64,000 bases of DNA from Lepidodermella squamata. Lineage: Eukaryota; Animalia; Gastrotricha. The notes under the pieces were generated by a model. The model did no database searches. It saw nothing but the letters and a program-made list of their open reading frames with translations, and was not told the origin of the DNA. Position numbers and translations under genes: made by a program. Below, piece after piece: positions 1 to 10,184 of this stretch. Every line of letters begins with the position of its first letter. The stretch's first letter is position 1. The stretch spans positions 930,001 to 994,000 of the forward strand of contig JBLDXI010000054.1 in assembly GCA_047495785.1 (NCBI GenBank), written 5' to 3'.

Positions 1-1
1 A

Positions 2-1237
2 TACGTAGTGGCTAAAATCGCGAATGACTCAGTCCTAACTTCGAAGGTTATTGGGATTCGTGTTGGGCTAATGGCCTATTCACCTGATGGACAACCTCTT
101 GGGGATATTCAAACTGTAGCTCATTGGACCAATGAGAAAGGCCTCCAAAACATCGCATTCATCCGTCAGGATTCAGATAGGTTCACCTATGAGAGTTTTA
201 GCCTCAAAGCTGTCAGCCGCATAAGGTGGATTACTGGTAACCCTCCGATTGACCACCCTACTTTAGGACGGATTGATAAGCGTCTGCCAGAAGGCGTTTT
301 CCCGGCTGCAATTGTTTTCTGCTGCATTTCAACGCTTCTTCAAATTTTCGGAATGATTGCAGTCCTTATAGGACGGAATTCAAGAATTTCTCAGTTAGCA
401 TGGGCTAAATTCTTTGGATTTTTCGGATGTCTAGTTCTAAATGCTTCTGCTTTGCTATTCGCTGTTGATAGGGGTATTGGAAGTGAGAAGATTGCAATAT
501 TCTCGATTGTTACCTTGTTCATTGGGCTCACAATTGTATTCGCCTTTTTGGCAGCTCGAGTGATTTTGGTTCTCCAATTCGTAAGGTTCTCGAAGCGGAA
601 GAGATCACGCACGACCCTAAAATCTAGCATGACTCTCACAGCCACACACAGGAGCCAAGGGTCATTTGAACGGGGCCGTAGCTTGGAGACTCCTCCTGAA
701 CTGATGACTGATACCATTCAAGTGATTTTAAACTCAGAAACCTGGGCTAGAATGGACAAATCTGCTGTGAACGTCATTTTCGCTCTACTTTTCATCGTTT
801 CCATTGTTCTCACTGGCTGGTTTGCAAGTCAAGACATGGCTTGTCACTCAGACGTTCTAGGCAAACCTGTTTACGATGAAGCACGAGACGTGATCGATGA
901 AACTAGGGTACTAAGTTGTTCCACGTCTAATGCGAGCAGTTTCCTATTGGCATTGGGCAGTCTTCATGTTTTGATCCTATTCATAGCAGCCTACGCTTCA
1001 TATTTATTGACGAAAATTCGAGGGATAGCGAAAGCAATTCCTGACTTGAGTTATTGCCGACTAGGTGTAGCGAATGCTGCTATAATTTATTTGGCAGCGA
1101 TTCTCATATTTCTCATCTTGTCCGACAGCGCTATCGAGCAGCAAATTGCTTTGATATTCTGCGCTATTGCTCTGTCGCTGAGCACTTCTCTAACCTGGAT
1201 CATCCCGATGGTGTCACGCGGAAAAACAGGAAGTTGA
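2..1237 (+). CDS. Class C (GABA-B-like) orphan GPCR, intronless clade; 5' part lies outside the window
   Basis: End of Venus-flytrap domain, stalk WITGNPPIDHP, seven hydrophobic segments, ECL2 C-x24-C and TM7 IEQQIA...TWIIP, all clearly paralogous to the 766-aa ORFs downstream. Confidence 0.85.
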   Translation, partial: YVVAKIANDSVLTSKVIGIRVGLMAYSPDGQPLGDIQTVAHWTNEKGLQNIAFIRQDSDRFTYESFSLKAVSRIRWITGNPPIDHPTLGRIDKRLPEGVFPAAIVFCCISTLLQIFGMIAVLIGRNSRISQLAWAKFFGFFGCLVLNASALLFAVDRGIGSEKIAIFSIVTLFIGLTIVFAFLAARVILVLQFVRFSKRKRSRTTLKSSMTLTATHRSQGSFERGRSLETPPELMTDTIQVILNSETWARMDKSAVNVIFALLFIVSIVLTGWFASQDMACHSDVLGKPVYDEARDVIDETRVLSCSTSNASSFLLALGSLHVLILFIAAYASYLLTKIRGIAKAIPDLSYCRLGVANAAIIYLAAILIFLILSDSAIEQQIALIFCAIALSLSTSLTWIIPMVSRGKTGS

Positions 1238-1597
1238 ACAGACAGCAGACATAGTTTATGCTACATGACATAGTTTGCTAAAAACTTCCGTTGAAGCTTT
1301 CGTGCAACGTCTTTACTTCATTTCATGACTTTTGAACATTTTTTGATAGATTTTTAATTCTTAAAACAGAAATTTTGATAACCAACTTACTCATTGAGTT
1401 ACTCATTAGGTTGTTCCAAAATCAGATATAGGATCCTCTGCGAACAAATTAATCTCGCACAATGCTTTGACAATACAAAATACAAAATAAAAGGAATCCC
1501 AATACTTTTTTCTATGAAAATAGGCTTCGTTCATAGATCGCGAAAAGTTGTGAGCAGCAACTCTACGATATGTGACCAGTGACCAGTCATCTATCTA

Positions 1598-1795
1598 CCG
1601 TATTACCGCGCTTTGAGTGTCATGCCACTATAAAGTGAAACATGATTTTTGACCCCTTTTGAATTTCCTCGATTATAGTGGCACCTAATGTTTTGCATTA
1701 AAATTCAATCTGGCATGTCACTATAAACGGGGCATAGTGACATGCCACTGTAAAACGAGCTATAGTGGCATGACACTCAAAGCGCGGTAATACGG
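1598..1795. mobile_element. Tc1/mariner-pogo-type MITE, 198 bp
   Basis: Perfect 35-bp terminal inverted repeats (CCGTATTACCGCGCTTTGAGTGTCATGCCACTATA) flanked by TA at 1596-1597 and 1796-1797; internal copies of the ATAGTGGCA motif. Confidence 0.9.
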
Positions 1796-2160
1796 TAAAT
1801 CAGAAAAAACTCGAAAGAGGCTGAGTCTGTTTTGAGGGCATGGAAAATGACGCGTATAGTGATCCCCGACAGTTCTCGAGAAGCTCCGTGGACTAATTGG
1901 TTAATGTCTATTTGAAACATTTCACTAGAAAAAATGTATAGATTCTATTGATAAAATCGGAATAATTGTACTGAACTCAAGAACTAATTTTGGCACTCGA
2001 TTCATCTCTGCAGATACGTACACCGTGAACAACAAGTTAATTAATACGTACATGCAAGTACTCGCCTCGAAAGATGAGCGCCCGATATCACAGACAAACC
2101 CACGTATGTCAACTCTCGTGACATTCGTTACTTTCAAGACAAATCGTTAGCATGAGCAAG

Positions 2161-2190
2161 CCAATTTAGGTTATAAGAAGTTAGAAATAC
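2161..2190 (+). promoter_or_regulatory. Candidate core promoter (CCAAT + TATAA) of the class C gene at 2230
   Basis: CCAATTTAGGTTATAAGAAGTTAGAAATA is identical upstream of the paralog (about 12066-12094). Upstream similarity spans about 1837-2229 vs 11715-12135. Confidence 0.45.
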
Positions 2191-2229
2191 CCTTTCCACA
2201 TTCCTTGAGAAGAATAATTTAGCAAGAAA

Positions 2230-4530
2230 ATGTCCTTAACGGTCACATCCTTATGTACACTAGCATTAGCAGCAACCTTCCATGGTGAAGGCCAAGCTGC
2301 GATATCGAAACCAAAAACACTCCAAGTGCTTCGATTGATGCCGATGGCTGATATTGATCCTAGCCAGGTTGCAGCTATGCGATTCGGCTCCCAACTTGCC
2401 GCGGACCAGGTCAACGCAAGGCGAGATATTTTACCAGACTATCATATCGAAGTGGTTTTCAGTGATGAATCTCTCGGCCTGCAAGCCCCGAAAAGGCTGG
2501 TCGAGTTCCGCAGACAGGCGGAGTTGAATTCGAGCGTAATCCAATCTCCCATAATTGTCGGTCCCGATTTCTCTTCAGGCTGCAAATCAGTTGGAATGGT
2601 TTTGCCGCACGTGAAAACAATAGGTCTATCAGCGTTTTGCTCCGCCCCTTTCTTTGCCGATCGCCCATTTAGGAATTTGTACATATCTCTGACGACGGGA
2701 AAGACAGTAGCCATTTCTATGCTCCGATTCATTAAGGAAGTTGGGAAATGGAACAGATTTGCTATTCTCACAACTGCATTGAACCCATCCGACTACGGCG
2801 TGACGTTTTTCTTACAAGAGCAAGCCATGGCAACAGACTCTTTGGTTCCTTGGTTCGATATGGTAACCGATATAAACCCACAATTAGTCGCTTCTCTAAA
2901 GATGAGTGGTTTGAGAATAATCGCCCTGGCCCTTGGCAATTCAATAATGGCGGCTAAATTTCTATGCGAAGCTTATAAACAAGGTTTGACAGGACAACGT
3001 TATATATTCTTCAACTTACTCATTGGCTATTCTTCATACCAAGCCGCGGGATGTACCCAAGAACAGCTCGCTAGTCAGTGGAGGCAAACCATTCTTTTTG
3101 GTAACACAAATCGGCCAGGTAACTACAGTGTGGCATCAGATTTAGGAACAACAGCCGGGGATTTTGAAAATGCCGTTCTTCGTGAAATGAATGCAACATC
3201 AATGGATTCTTACCTTCTTGCCTACAACTCGTATGACACTTTTATGAGAGCAGCTTTCATCCTTCATAACACAGAAGTAAGGTTGAAATCTGAGTTTAAT
3301 TCGACTTTGGCCGAATACAGGTTTAGCCCGGATTTTGTAGTTCGAGTAGCAAATGAAAGTCTTCTATCGACTAAAGTCACCGGAGTAAGGGTCGGTATGC
3401 TTTCCGTCTCATCAGCAGGTCAGATCCAGGGTGATATCCAAGCAATTGCTCAGTGGAACCCCGAGAAAGGAGTTGAAAATGTAGCACTGCTGAAGCGAGT
3501 TTCAGGTGAGGATAAAGATGAGTTTTCCTACGATAGTTATGATATAACCATCCTTCGATCTATTTACTGGCCAGCCGGCCATCCTCCAAGGGACCAGCCA
3601 ATTTTGGCGAGAGTTGAAAAGCAGCTCCCAAATGAAGTCTTCGTTTCTGCTGTAGTGATCAGCTCCATTCTTCTGCTATTTCACATTCTCGGAATTATTT
3701 TGGTATTATGGAAACGGAAAAATTCATGGTGCCCGTTAAGTAGGAGCATAGGATTATTAGGCTGCGTGATACTCGACGCATCAGGAATATTGTTTTCCTT
3801 GGATCGGGAACTTGATAGTCACTTAATACTTGTTTCTTCGATAGTGACTTTGACCGTTGGAGCTTCACTCTGTTTCGGGGTAGTTTCTTTCCGGATGTCA
3901 GTTATTACTCGCACGATTCCTTTGCCTTCAAAACGGGCGAGCCCAAATCGGCCTCGTTTAGATACTGCAGGAAGTGTGTATCGGAATAGACTGAACACCG
4001 AATCTTCAAATTCAATTCAATTCATGTTCACTGATGAAAGCAAAGCGTCGATCGATAAATCTGTTGCTAAACTAACAGTTTTACTCGCACTTTTGAGTTC
4101 AGTAATTTTACTCGGCTGGTTTACCACGCAGGAAACGATCTGTACCACTTCCCATCTTGGCCAGCCTGTTTATTCCGAAACCACTGATACGATTGTTGAA
4201 ACGTCAGCTGTCAAGTGCTTCACGGCCAATATGATAGGTTTCACGTCGGCCCTGTGTTGCCTGAACATGGTATTCCTGTTGATTGGAGGTTTTTATTCGT
4301 TTCGGTTAAATCAGATGAAAAGGGTTCCTCATGAAGCAATAGATTTCATCCCGGCCGTTTTCGGTCTGGCTAATTGTGGGGCGATTTTCGTTGTTGGAAT
4401 TTTGATCTCTCTTATTTTATCGACCCACTTGATCGAACAGCAAGTAGCTATTGTGTTGTTAACTCTTGCACTTTCGTTGTCATCTTCTACCACTTGGTTG
4501 TGGCCCATGGTCACCGACTTTCAGAAATAG
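2230..4530 (+). CDS. Class C (GABA-B-like) orphan GPCR, intronless, 766 aa
   Basis: Signal peptide; ANF-receptor/Venus-flytrap motifs (VNARRDILPDYHIE, IVGPDFSSGC, KWNRFAI, RII, LCEAYKQGLTG); GABA-B-like stalk WPAGHPPRD; 7TM; very short C-tail. Confidence 0.9.
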   Translation: MSLTVTSLCTLALAATFHGEGQAAISKPKTLQVLRLMPMADIDPSQVAAMRFGSQLAADQVNARRDILPDYHIEVVFSDESLGLQAPKRLVEFRRQAELNSSVIQSPIIVGPDFSSGCKSVGMVLPHVKTIGLSAFCSAPFFADRPFRNLYISLTTGKTVAISMLRFIKEVGKWNRFAILTTALNPSDYGVTFFLQEQAMATDSLVPWFDMVTDINPQLVASLKMSGLRIIALALGNSIMAAKFLCEAYKQGLTGQRYIFFNLLIGYSSYQAAGCTQEQLASQWRQTILFGNTNRPGNYSVASDLGTTAGDFENAVLREMNATSMDSYLLAYNSYDTFMRAAFILHNTEVRLKSEFNSTLAEYRFSPDFVVRVANESLLSTKVTGVRVGMLSVSSAGQIQGDIQAIAQWNPEKGVENVALLKRVSGEDKDEFSYDSYDITILRSIYWPAGHPPRDQPILARVEKQLPNEVFVSAVVISSILLLFHILGIILVLWKRKNSWCPLSRSIGLLGCVILDASGILFSLDRELDSHLILVSSIVTLTVGASLCFGVVSFRMSVITRTIPLPSKRASPNRPRLDTAGSVYRNRLNTESSNSIQFMFTDESKASIDKSVAKLTVLLALLSSVILLGWFTTQETICTTSHLGQPVYSETTDTIVETSAVKCFTANMIGFTSALCCLNMVFLLIGGFYSFRLNQMKRVPHEAIDFIPAVFGLANCGAIFVVGILISLILSTHLIEQQVAIVLLTLALSLSSSTTWLWPMVTDFQK

Positions 4531-4831
4531 CGAGATCCTCCAACCTGAACATCAAATCACAGCACTTCATCAATAAACATTTTTTAATTTGATTCTCCAC
4601 ATTAATTATAAAGCATCGACGTTTCGATATACACGTTTTTTATTTTGCATTTCTATAATGAAATTACGATAGTGAATTAAGTGAATCTATTAAAAAGTTG
4701 AACAATGCATACATTTAAAAGTCTTTTCCCAAATTGATTCAATTGAAACAGCATGTAGAATACTCTACAGAATCAAATTTAATGAAGAGTCCGTTACTTT
4801 CAGCCTGACATCGATTCTTTCTGTATCCTCC

Positions 4832-5266
4832 TTAGCAGGCATCCTCCTTAGTGTCGATTTTATCCTTCGCCATCTTCTCATTAAATCGATGTCTAGCGAA
4901 CCAACACTTTACTCTTTTCGGGTCGAGGTCCACCTTGACGGCAATCTCCATAATTTCAGCATTAGTCGGGCGAGGGTTCTCCTGGAGGGCCTCTTTCAAT
5001 GCAGCAAACGGCCGTGTTTTCGCTTTGATGCTTTCCTGTTGCGCTTTCTTCTGAGCAATCCGCAATGAAGAGGTTGGTCGGTGAGCCGTGATCCAATCCT
5101 TAACTCGTGATGGCGACGATTTAACGGCCTCGGCGATAGCAAGTAAGCGTTTTGCATAAAGCCGTTCCGGTTTCATAGCTTCTGTTTTCATAATGTCGAT
5201 CTGCCACGGGTAAAACCTTGAGCGTTTCTCCAACTTGGCGAAAGGACTGTTTCGCGACATTTCAAC
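4832..5266 (-). CDS. Exon encoding two divergent homeodomains (last exon of the multi-homeobox gene, or exon 2 of a separate gene starting at ATG 7996)
   Basis: Acceptor TTCTTTCAG ending at 5267; homeodomain-like RSRFYPWQIDIM...RVKDWITAHR and LKEALQENPRP...RVKCWFARHR; phase-0 compatible with donors at 8297 and 7993. Confidence 0.65.
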   Translation of the reverse strand, partial: VEMSRNSPFAKLEKRSRFYPWQIDIMKTEAMKPERLYAKRLLAIAEAVKSSPSRVKDWITAHRPTSSLRIAQKKAQQESIKAKTRPFAALKEALQENPRPTNAEIMEIAVKVDLDPKRVKCWFARHRFNEKMAKDKIDTKEDAC

Positions 5267-5299
5267 CTGAAAGAAGAACATTTTGAAAAGATTAACCAC

Positions 5300-7962
5300 G
5301 AGTTCTCGGTGTTCACTTGGACCCTAAACTGACGTGGAGAGTTCATGTGGACAAGGTCTCTGACCGTTGCCGCAGAAATCTGGGTTTTTTCAAACATCTC
5401 ATGTTCACCCCTGGTCTGTCGCGCCGCTGGCGCCGCACCCTTTACTTGACTCTGGTCCGTTCGTGCTGGTCTTATGGGACCATTTGTCAGGCTACCGCCT
5501 CGAAGCAACAGCTTAATCGTCTCGCAGTCATCCAAAATGATAGCCTGCGTGCAATGCTCCACATTCGTCGGGACACCAGGGTCCGCGTGTCGGAGTTGGA
5601 ATCTCGTTGCCGCATCCCGAGTGTCCCTCGGTTTCTGGAACAGTGCCAGCGCCGTTATGTTGCCAAAGCCGCTCAGTTTGTCCTGCCGCTGCGCCAGGGC
5701 CCCGAGAGCGTCCGCCTGATGGCCCGCCCCCCTCCGCGCTCGCCCTTCGTGCTGTTGAGCAACAGACTTCCTCGTGGTCCTCTGCCCGACTTCATTGGCT
5801 AGGCTGTTATTCTCTTTTCTCCCATCTTCTCTCCTAAATCTTCCCTCTTCTTTTCTTCACCTCTTCTTTCATGTTGTTTTTTTTTCCTCTACAGGCTGCC
5901 TTGCTTTTTTATAAAATTCCTCCGTTAGCTACCGTTGTCTCCGCCATATTATCTCCTTTTTACTCTTACCGCAATTCTCTGTAATGTGTTTTTCTCTGCT
6001 ATCGATAACTACCCTGCAACTGATAAAACCCTCGCCATCTCCCTCTCCGTCTCTTACGTGCCCATCAATATGATGAGCATGGATACATCTTACTAGCACG
6101 CGCCTCTTGTTCCATAGTATTATTAGAGAGTTATTTTGTGTATTTTGTTACAGTGCTCCCTCGATAAAAGCACTGGGTCGGGAGCCAGACGCGGTCTTTA
6201 AACAAGGGAAAGCTATAACGAGGGCTGTAATTGAATGCAGGAGCTAAAAATAGACCGTTTCTAAGTCTTAAGACAGTTGCCATAGCAAAGCGCTAAAAGA
6301 GACGGACACAGATTATGTGTAATTGCAAAATTTGCTCGCTGAAGGCTGTTAAACAATAACGCGATGAGTCATAAATTCGTCGACAATTGTTCTTTCCTTA
6401 GTTAAGGCGTGATTTGACTGGTTAGCCATTGTTTTAACTCTGATTTTCAGTCCTGCCTGGGATTAACGAACTCACTATAAAAACAGAAGCTGGAATCGCA
6501 TATGTACTTCAATTAGCCAGCTAGTCTGATTAAAATCGCAAAAACATTCATTCAAAATCACAGCTTAAACAATTAATCACCTTGGTCAAGATTGACCAGA
6601 ATACTTCTGAATAAATCACCAGCAAATTCAGCCTAACCTTCTCAAGACAATGCAGCGTTCAATTCAGAACTCATGCTTCGCCTAAAATTCGTAGAATTAT
6701 TTAAAAAAAAATACTAATTAATATGAAATTTGAAAAAATTATGATGAAATATGTATTTTCGATAATTTTTTCGCGGTTAACCTGACTTTTTCTTTTTTAA
6801 ATTCATGGCATTGAGCAATCACGGACCAATTTCAAGGCATAAGACGTGCGTTTCCGTCAAGAGGGTACGATTCGATAGGTGTTTAGTTTGAATGGAATAA
6901 ATTTGTATCTTCTCAGGCGTGATCTGATTTGCATTCGACTGGCCTATTAGGATCAGAGCAAGGTACAAAATCGGGCAGAAGCTCCCGCCGCCCCTCCTCG
7001 GGATGTTGCGATTTTCAAAGTCAAAATCGAATGATTAACAGTTGTGAAAAAAACCCGGAAAATTGCCAGGGCGTTGAGCAATGAAATTGTAGAGTAGTGG
7101 CAGCCAGTTTCGTGGTAGATCAGGCCTATAGACTATCGAAAATCGGCTAATAATTCCGATAACTTAGGACAACTGGAACGAATGAAAACGATCTAATTTT
7201 ATGAGAATAAATCCACGTATCGGAATTAAAATAAATCTTAAAACAAGGACGTGATTCTTCATGATTACGCAACACAGCCGGGAACAAAATAGGGGAAAAC
7301 TTTCTTAAAAAACACGATTTGATCATGCTAATAATGCCGGTAAATTTCAAGAGATTTTCTGGCCGGGAAAAAGCTAAAAAATGAAAAATAAGGGCAATCC
7401 AGATGAGTCTTTTAGTTGATCAGCAATTGACCTGAGGAAAAATCTGCAAATCAAGAAGATAGAAGATTGACGGGCATTCTTATAGTTGGTGAAATGAATT
7501 GCTGATTTTGTCTGATAAACTGGCGTAATTTCTGATGGAAAAGTTTAACGAAAAAGCAAGACGACTCGCAGCACGACTTGAGTGGCAGCTAATCCACGCA
7601 CTCTGTTGCATAATCACATTCATTTCAAAGCCACAAGAACAGCTTAATGCACTGCTTATCTTTCAACTCGTTTGAACTAACCTTGAAATAACTGGATCTC
7701 TCAAAACCACGACACCGCGCCGCTGTTAGGTTTCCAGGAACGCTTTATTATTTTAATTTTTCACGCTTAATTCTTTTAATTTATCGAATAATTATTAAAA
7801 ATTCAGTAATAAATTTTAATTAAAAATTTACAAATAATTTATTTAGCAGGGTCCAAAATTACGGTCTATAAACGAGGGAGTTCTTTTAAGGAGGGTGCCA
7901 CTAACGAGGGAGCACTGTATTTGGAAAGAGGACAACAATAAAGATTTTTATGTTATGTTATG
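5300..7962 (+). mobile_element. 5'-truncated non-LTR retrotransposon (LINE, C-terminal part of RT ORF) with a nested DNA transposon
   Basis: FLGVHLDPKLTWRVHVDKV...RTLYLTLVRSCWSYG...LAVIQNDSLR (typical post-RT LINE ORF2 motifs, 5303-5802); pyrimidine-rich 3'UTR; AATAAA at about 7937 then a (TTATG)3 tail; 8-bp TSD TTAACCAC at 5292-5299 and 7963-7970. Confidence 0.85.
6151..7917. mobile_element. Non-autonomous Tc1/mariner-pogo-type DNA transposon nested in the LINE 3'UTR
   Basis: Ends CAGTGCTCCCTCG...CGAGGGAGCACTG flanked by TA; removing it rejoins the LINE 3'UTR. A right-end-like copy also lies at about 6191-6228, so the element may be composite. Confidence 0.7.
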
Positions 7963-8225
7963 TTAACCACTCGATATAAGTGGTCGTATTTACCATGTAC
8001 TGTAAACACTCGTTCTTAAGGCTAGTCTTATGATTGAGCTTTAGTAGTACGAGCTTTTACGACAGAGAGATTTCACGGCCTCCGTTTCATGTAGCTCTCT
8101 GCAAGCTTTTTTGATACTGTTATCTGATTTACAGTTGAGCTCTCAATAATGGGGACAATGTTCCCTAAAAATTTGCGCCCCCAATTTAGCAGATTAATTT
8201 ATGAATGTTGTGAAATCCCCCCTTG

Positions 8226-9862
8226 TTAAAAGAACAGGTCTGGCTCTGGAACACGTGCTTTTATCAAAGGAGTAAAAACATTTCTCCTAAGACAAACCTC
8301 CATGGAATCCATGTTTTCTCTCATGAGAATTTTAGCAGCTCGACGTTTTCGATAGAACCAGGTTACTATATGCTGCTTAGGACATCCAATCAGCTTAGCC
8401 AGTTCATCTTTCCGACCTTTACTCGGGGAAATGTTAACTGAAAATTCCTGAATAACAGCAAAGCTCGCTTGAATAAATAATCTACTAAATCCACTCAAAT
8501 GACTTACTTTCTCCAGGATCTCGCGATGGCTGCATTTTTCATTATGAAGGGGTGAACACCTAGAACGATGTGAGTTGAACCACTCACGGACCTTAGTCGG
8601 TGTTAAACCAGTCAAATCGGCAAGTCTCCTAATTTCCATGGGTTTCGGTGACATATCACTAGCGAATGACGACGTCAATGCTTCAAGTTGTGTGGGCGAT
8701 AACCTGATCATGTTCCTCTCCTTTCCAGTTTTATAGATACGATTGTAAAACCACCTTCGCACTCGGTTCGGGGTAGTCTTCAGTGCTTCGGCAATTTCTA
8801 GAAGTCGCTTCGGATGGAGTTGCAGCGGATTAGCGAACTCCTTTCGAAGAATTTCCAGCTGCCAACTCTCAAAATATTGTATGCTATTCGAAGGAGCCGA
8901 ATCGCGGTCGTTCAGTTGTCGAATCTTAAACAAAGATGATAAGACGATGTCGGAATTTAGCCTTTACATAGATGGCTTGAGGAGTATATATTTCAAAACA
9001 ACAGATTGAAATTGCAAATTCCCCTTATCCCTTACTCGGTTTTAAACGTAGCACAAATATTACGAGCAAAAACTATTAGTTACATATCCGCTATTCGAAC
9101 CCCATCCAAGTACGAATAGACGGAAAAGTGTAAAGTGTACTACGTATTTCGAATGTAGCGATCCGAAAAGCAATAACGGATTCAAGACTATATATGGAAG
9201 CTGAAAATTACTTTTTCATGGAGAGCTGCGTCTTTCAGCAGTTTAACTTCTCGCGCGGAGCGTTTTCGCTTGAACCAACCAGCTATGATAGACCTTGAAC
9301 AGCCAATCAATTCAGCGAGCTGGGATATCCGTTCAGGAGTTGGTGAGATATTCCCCTCGAACTCCTTGAATTTAATGCTACCAATTAGACTAAAAATTAG
9401 AATAATTTCTAAAAATACCTTATTGAGTAGCGCAATATGTTCCTCAGAGAACTTGAACCACCTCGGTTTCAAGGAAGCTGAATCGAGGCATTTGTCCTTC
9501 TTACGGCGACCTTGCATCCAGTTTTGCACTCGAAATGCTGGGATTCCAACTTCCCGCGATAATCGTTCGATCTCTTCACCTTTAGGATAGGCATTTCTTA
9601 GGTATGAGTCGTTCAAAATGCCACATTGCGCCGTTGAAAGAACTCTCTGTGGCGTCAATTTGAGTTCTGCGATATCCGCGTATTTGTGGTTTTGAATCCA
9701 TGAGTAGACGCGAGCTGGCGTTTCACTGATTCTCTCTGCCGCTGATTCAGCAATCGATCTGGTCAAGGGACAATTCTTCGTGCCATCACGCCTTAGTTTC
9801 CACCACTTCTCAAGGTAATTGCACAAGATCTGGATCTGATGGGGTTCGAAACCTTTCGTCAT
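8226..9862 (-). CDS. Divergent multi-homeobox protein, six homeodomains (exons 9862-9419, 9364-9212, 8924-8508, 8447-8226; about 411 aa), possibly extended to the 5266-4832 exon via a donor at 8297
   Basis: Six helix-turn-helix repeats ending RVYSWIQNHK, RVQNWMQGRR, IIAGWFKRKR, RVRRWFYNRI, KVREWFNSHR, HIVTWFYRKR. GT-AG phase-0 introns at 9365-9418, 8925-9211 and 8448-8507; the first and third sit at the same codon of homeodomains 3 and 6. Confidence 0.7.
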
Positions 9863-10054
9863 TAATTTGATACTTATATGAACAGCCTATTGGGAAAGAA
9901 TTACGATTGATCAACGGAAGAGGCTGTATTCATCCTTTTCTGTCAATCGATACGTGAGGAATCTTTTGGAGCGGATTTGAAGCGCTGTCGCTAGATCTAG
10001 TCTGTTGTAAACTTTCCCAAAATCCTCGTTAAATTGGGATTAAATTTAAGAAAT

Positions 10055-10157
10055 CAGTGACGAAAATGCTTCTTCAAAAAACGGTAAAACCTCGAAAATA
10101 GCATTTTTCAAAAATGAACTTGTTCACCAAAAATCACAAGAAGCATTTTCGTCACCG
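10055..10157. repeat. Short inverted-repeat element (MITE-like)
   Basis: CAGTGACGAAAATGCTTCTT and its reverse complement (19/20 match) about 100 bp apart; no clear TSD. Confidence 0.5.
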
Positions 10158-10184
10158 CAAGCGGCCGGAAAAACCGAGTTTGCG

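Noticed and set aside
2442-2957. Antisense and alternative-frame ORFs identical in two places (also 12348-12863)
   Set aside because: By-products of the identical DNA tract within the receptor genes; other short overlapping ORFs in the track are likewise shadows.
2230-4530. True GABA-B R1/R2 orthologs, or receptor guanylyl cyclase / ionotropic receptor
   Set aside because: Too divergent, multicopy and without the coiled-coil tail. Seven TM segments and no kinase, cyclase or pore domain exclude the other VFT families, so no gene symbol is given.
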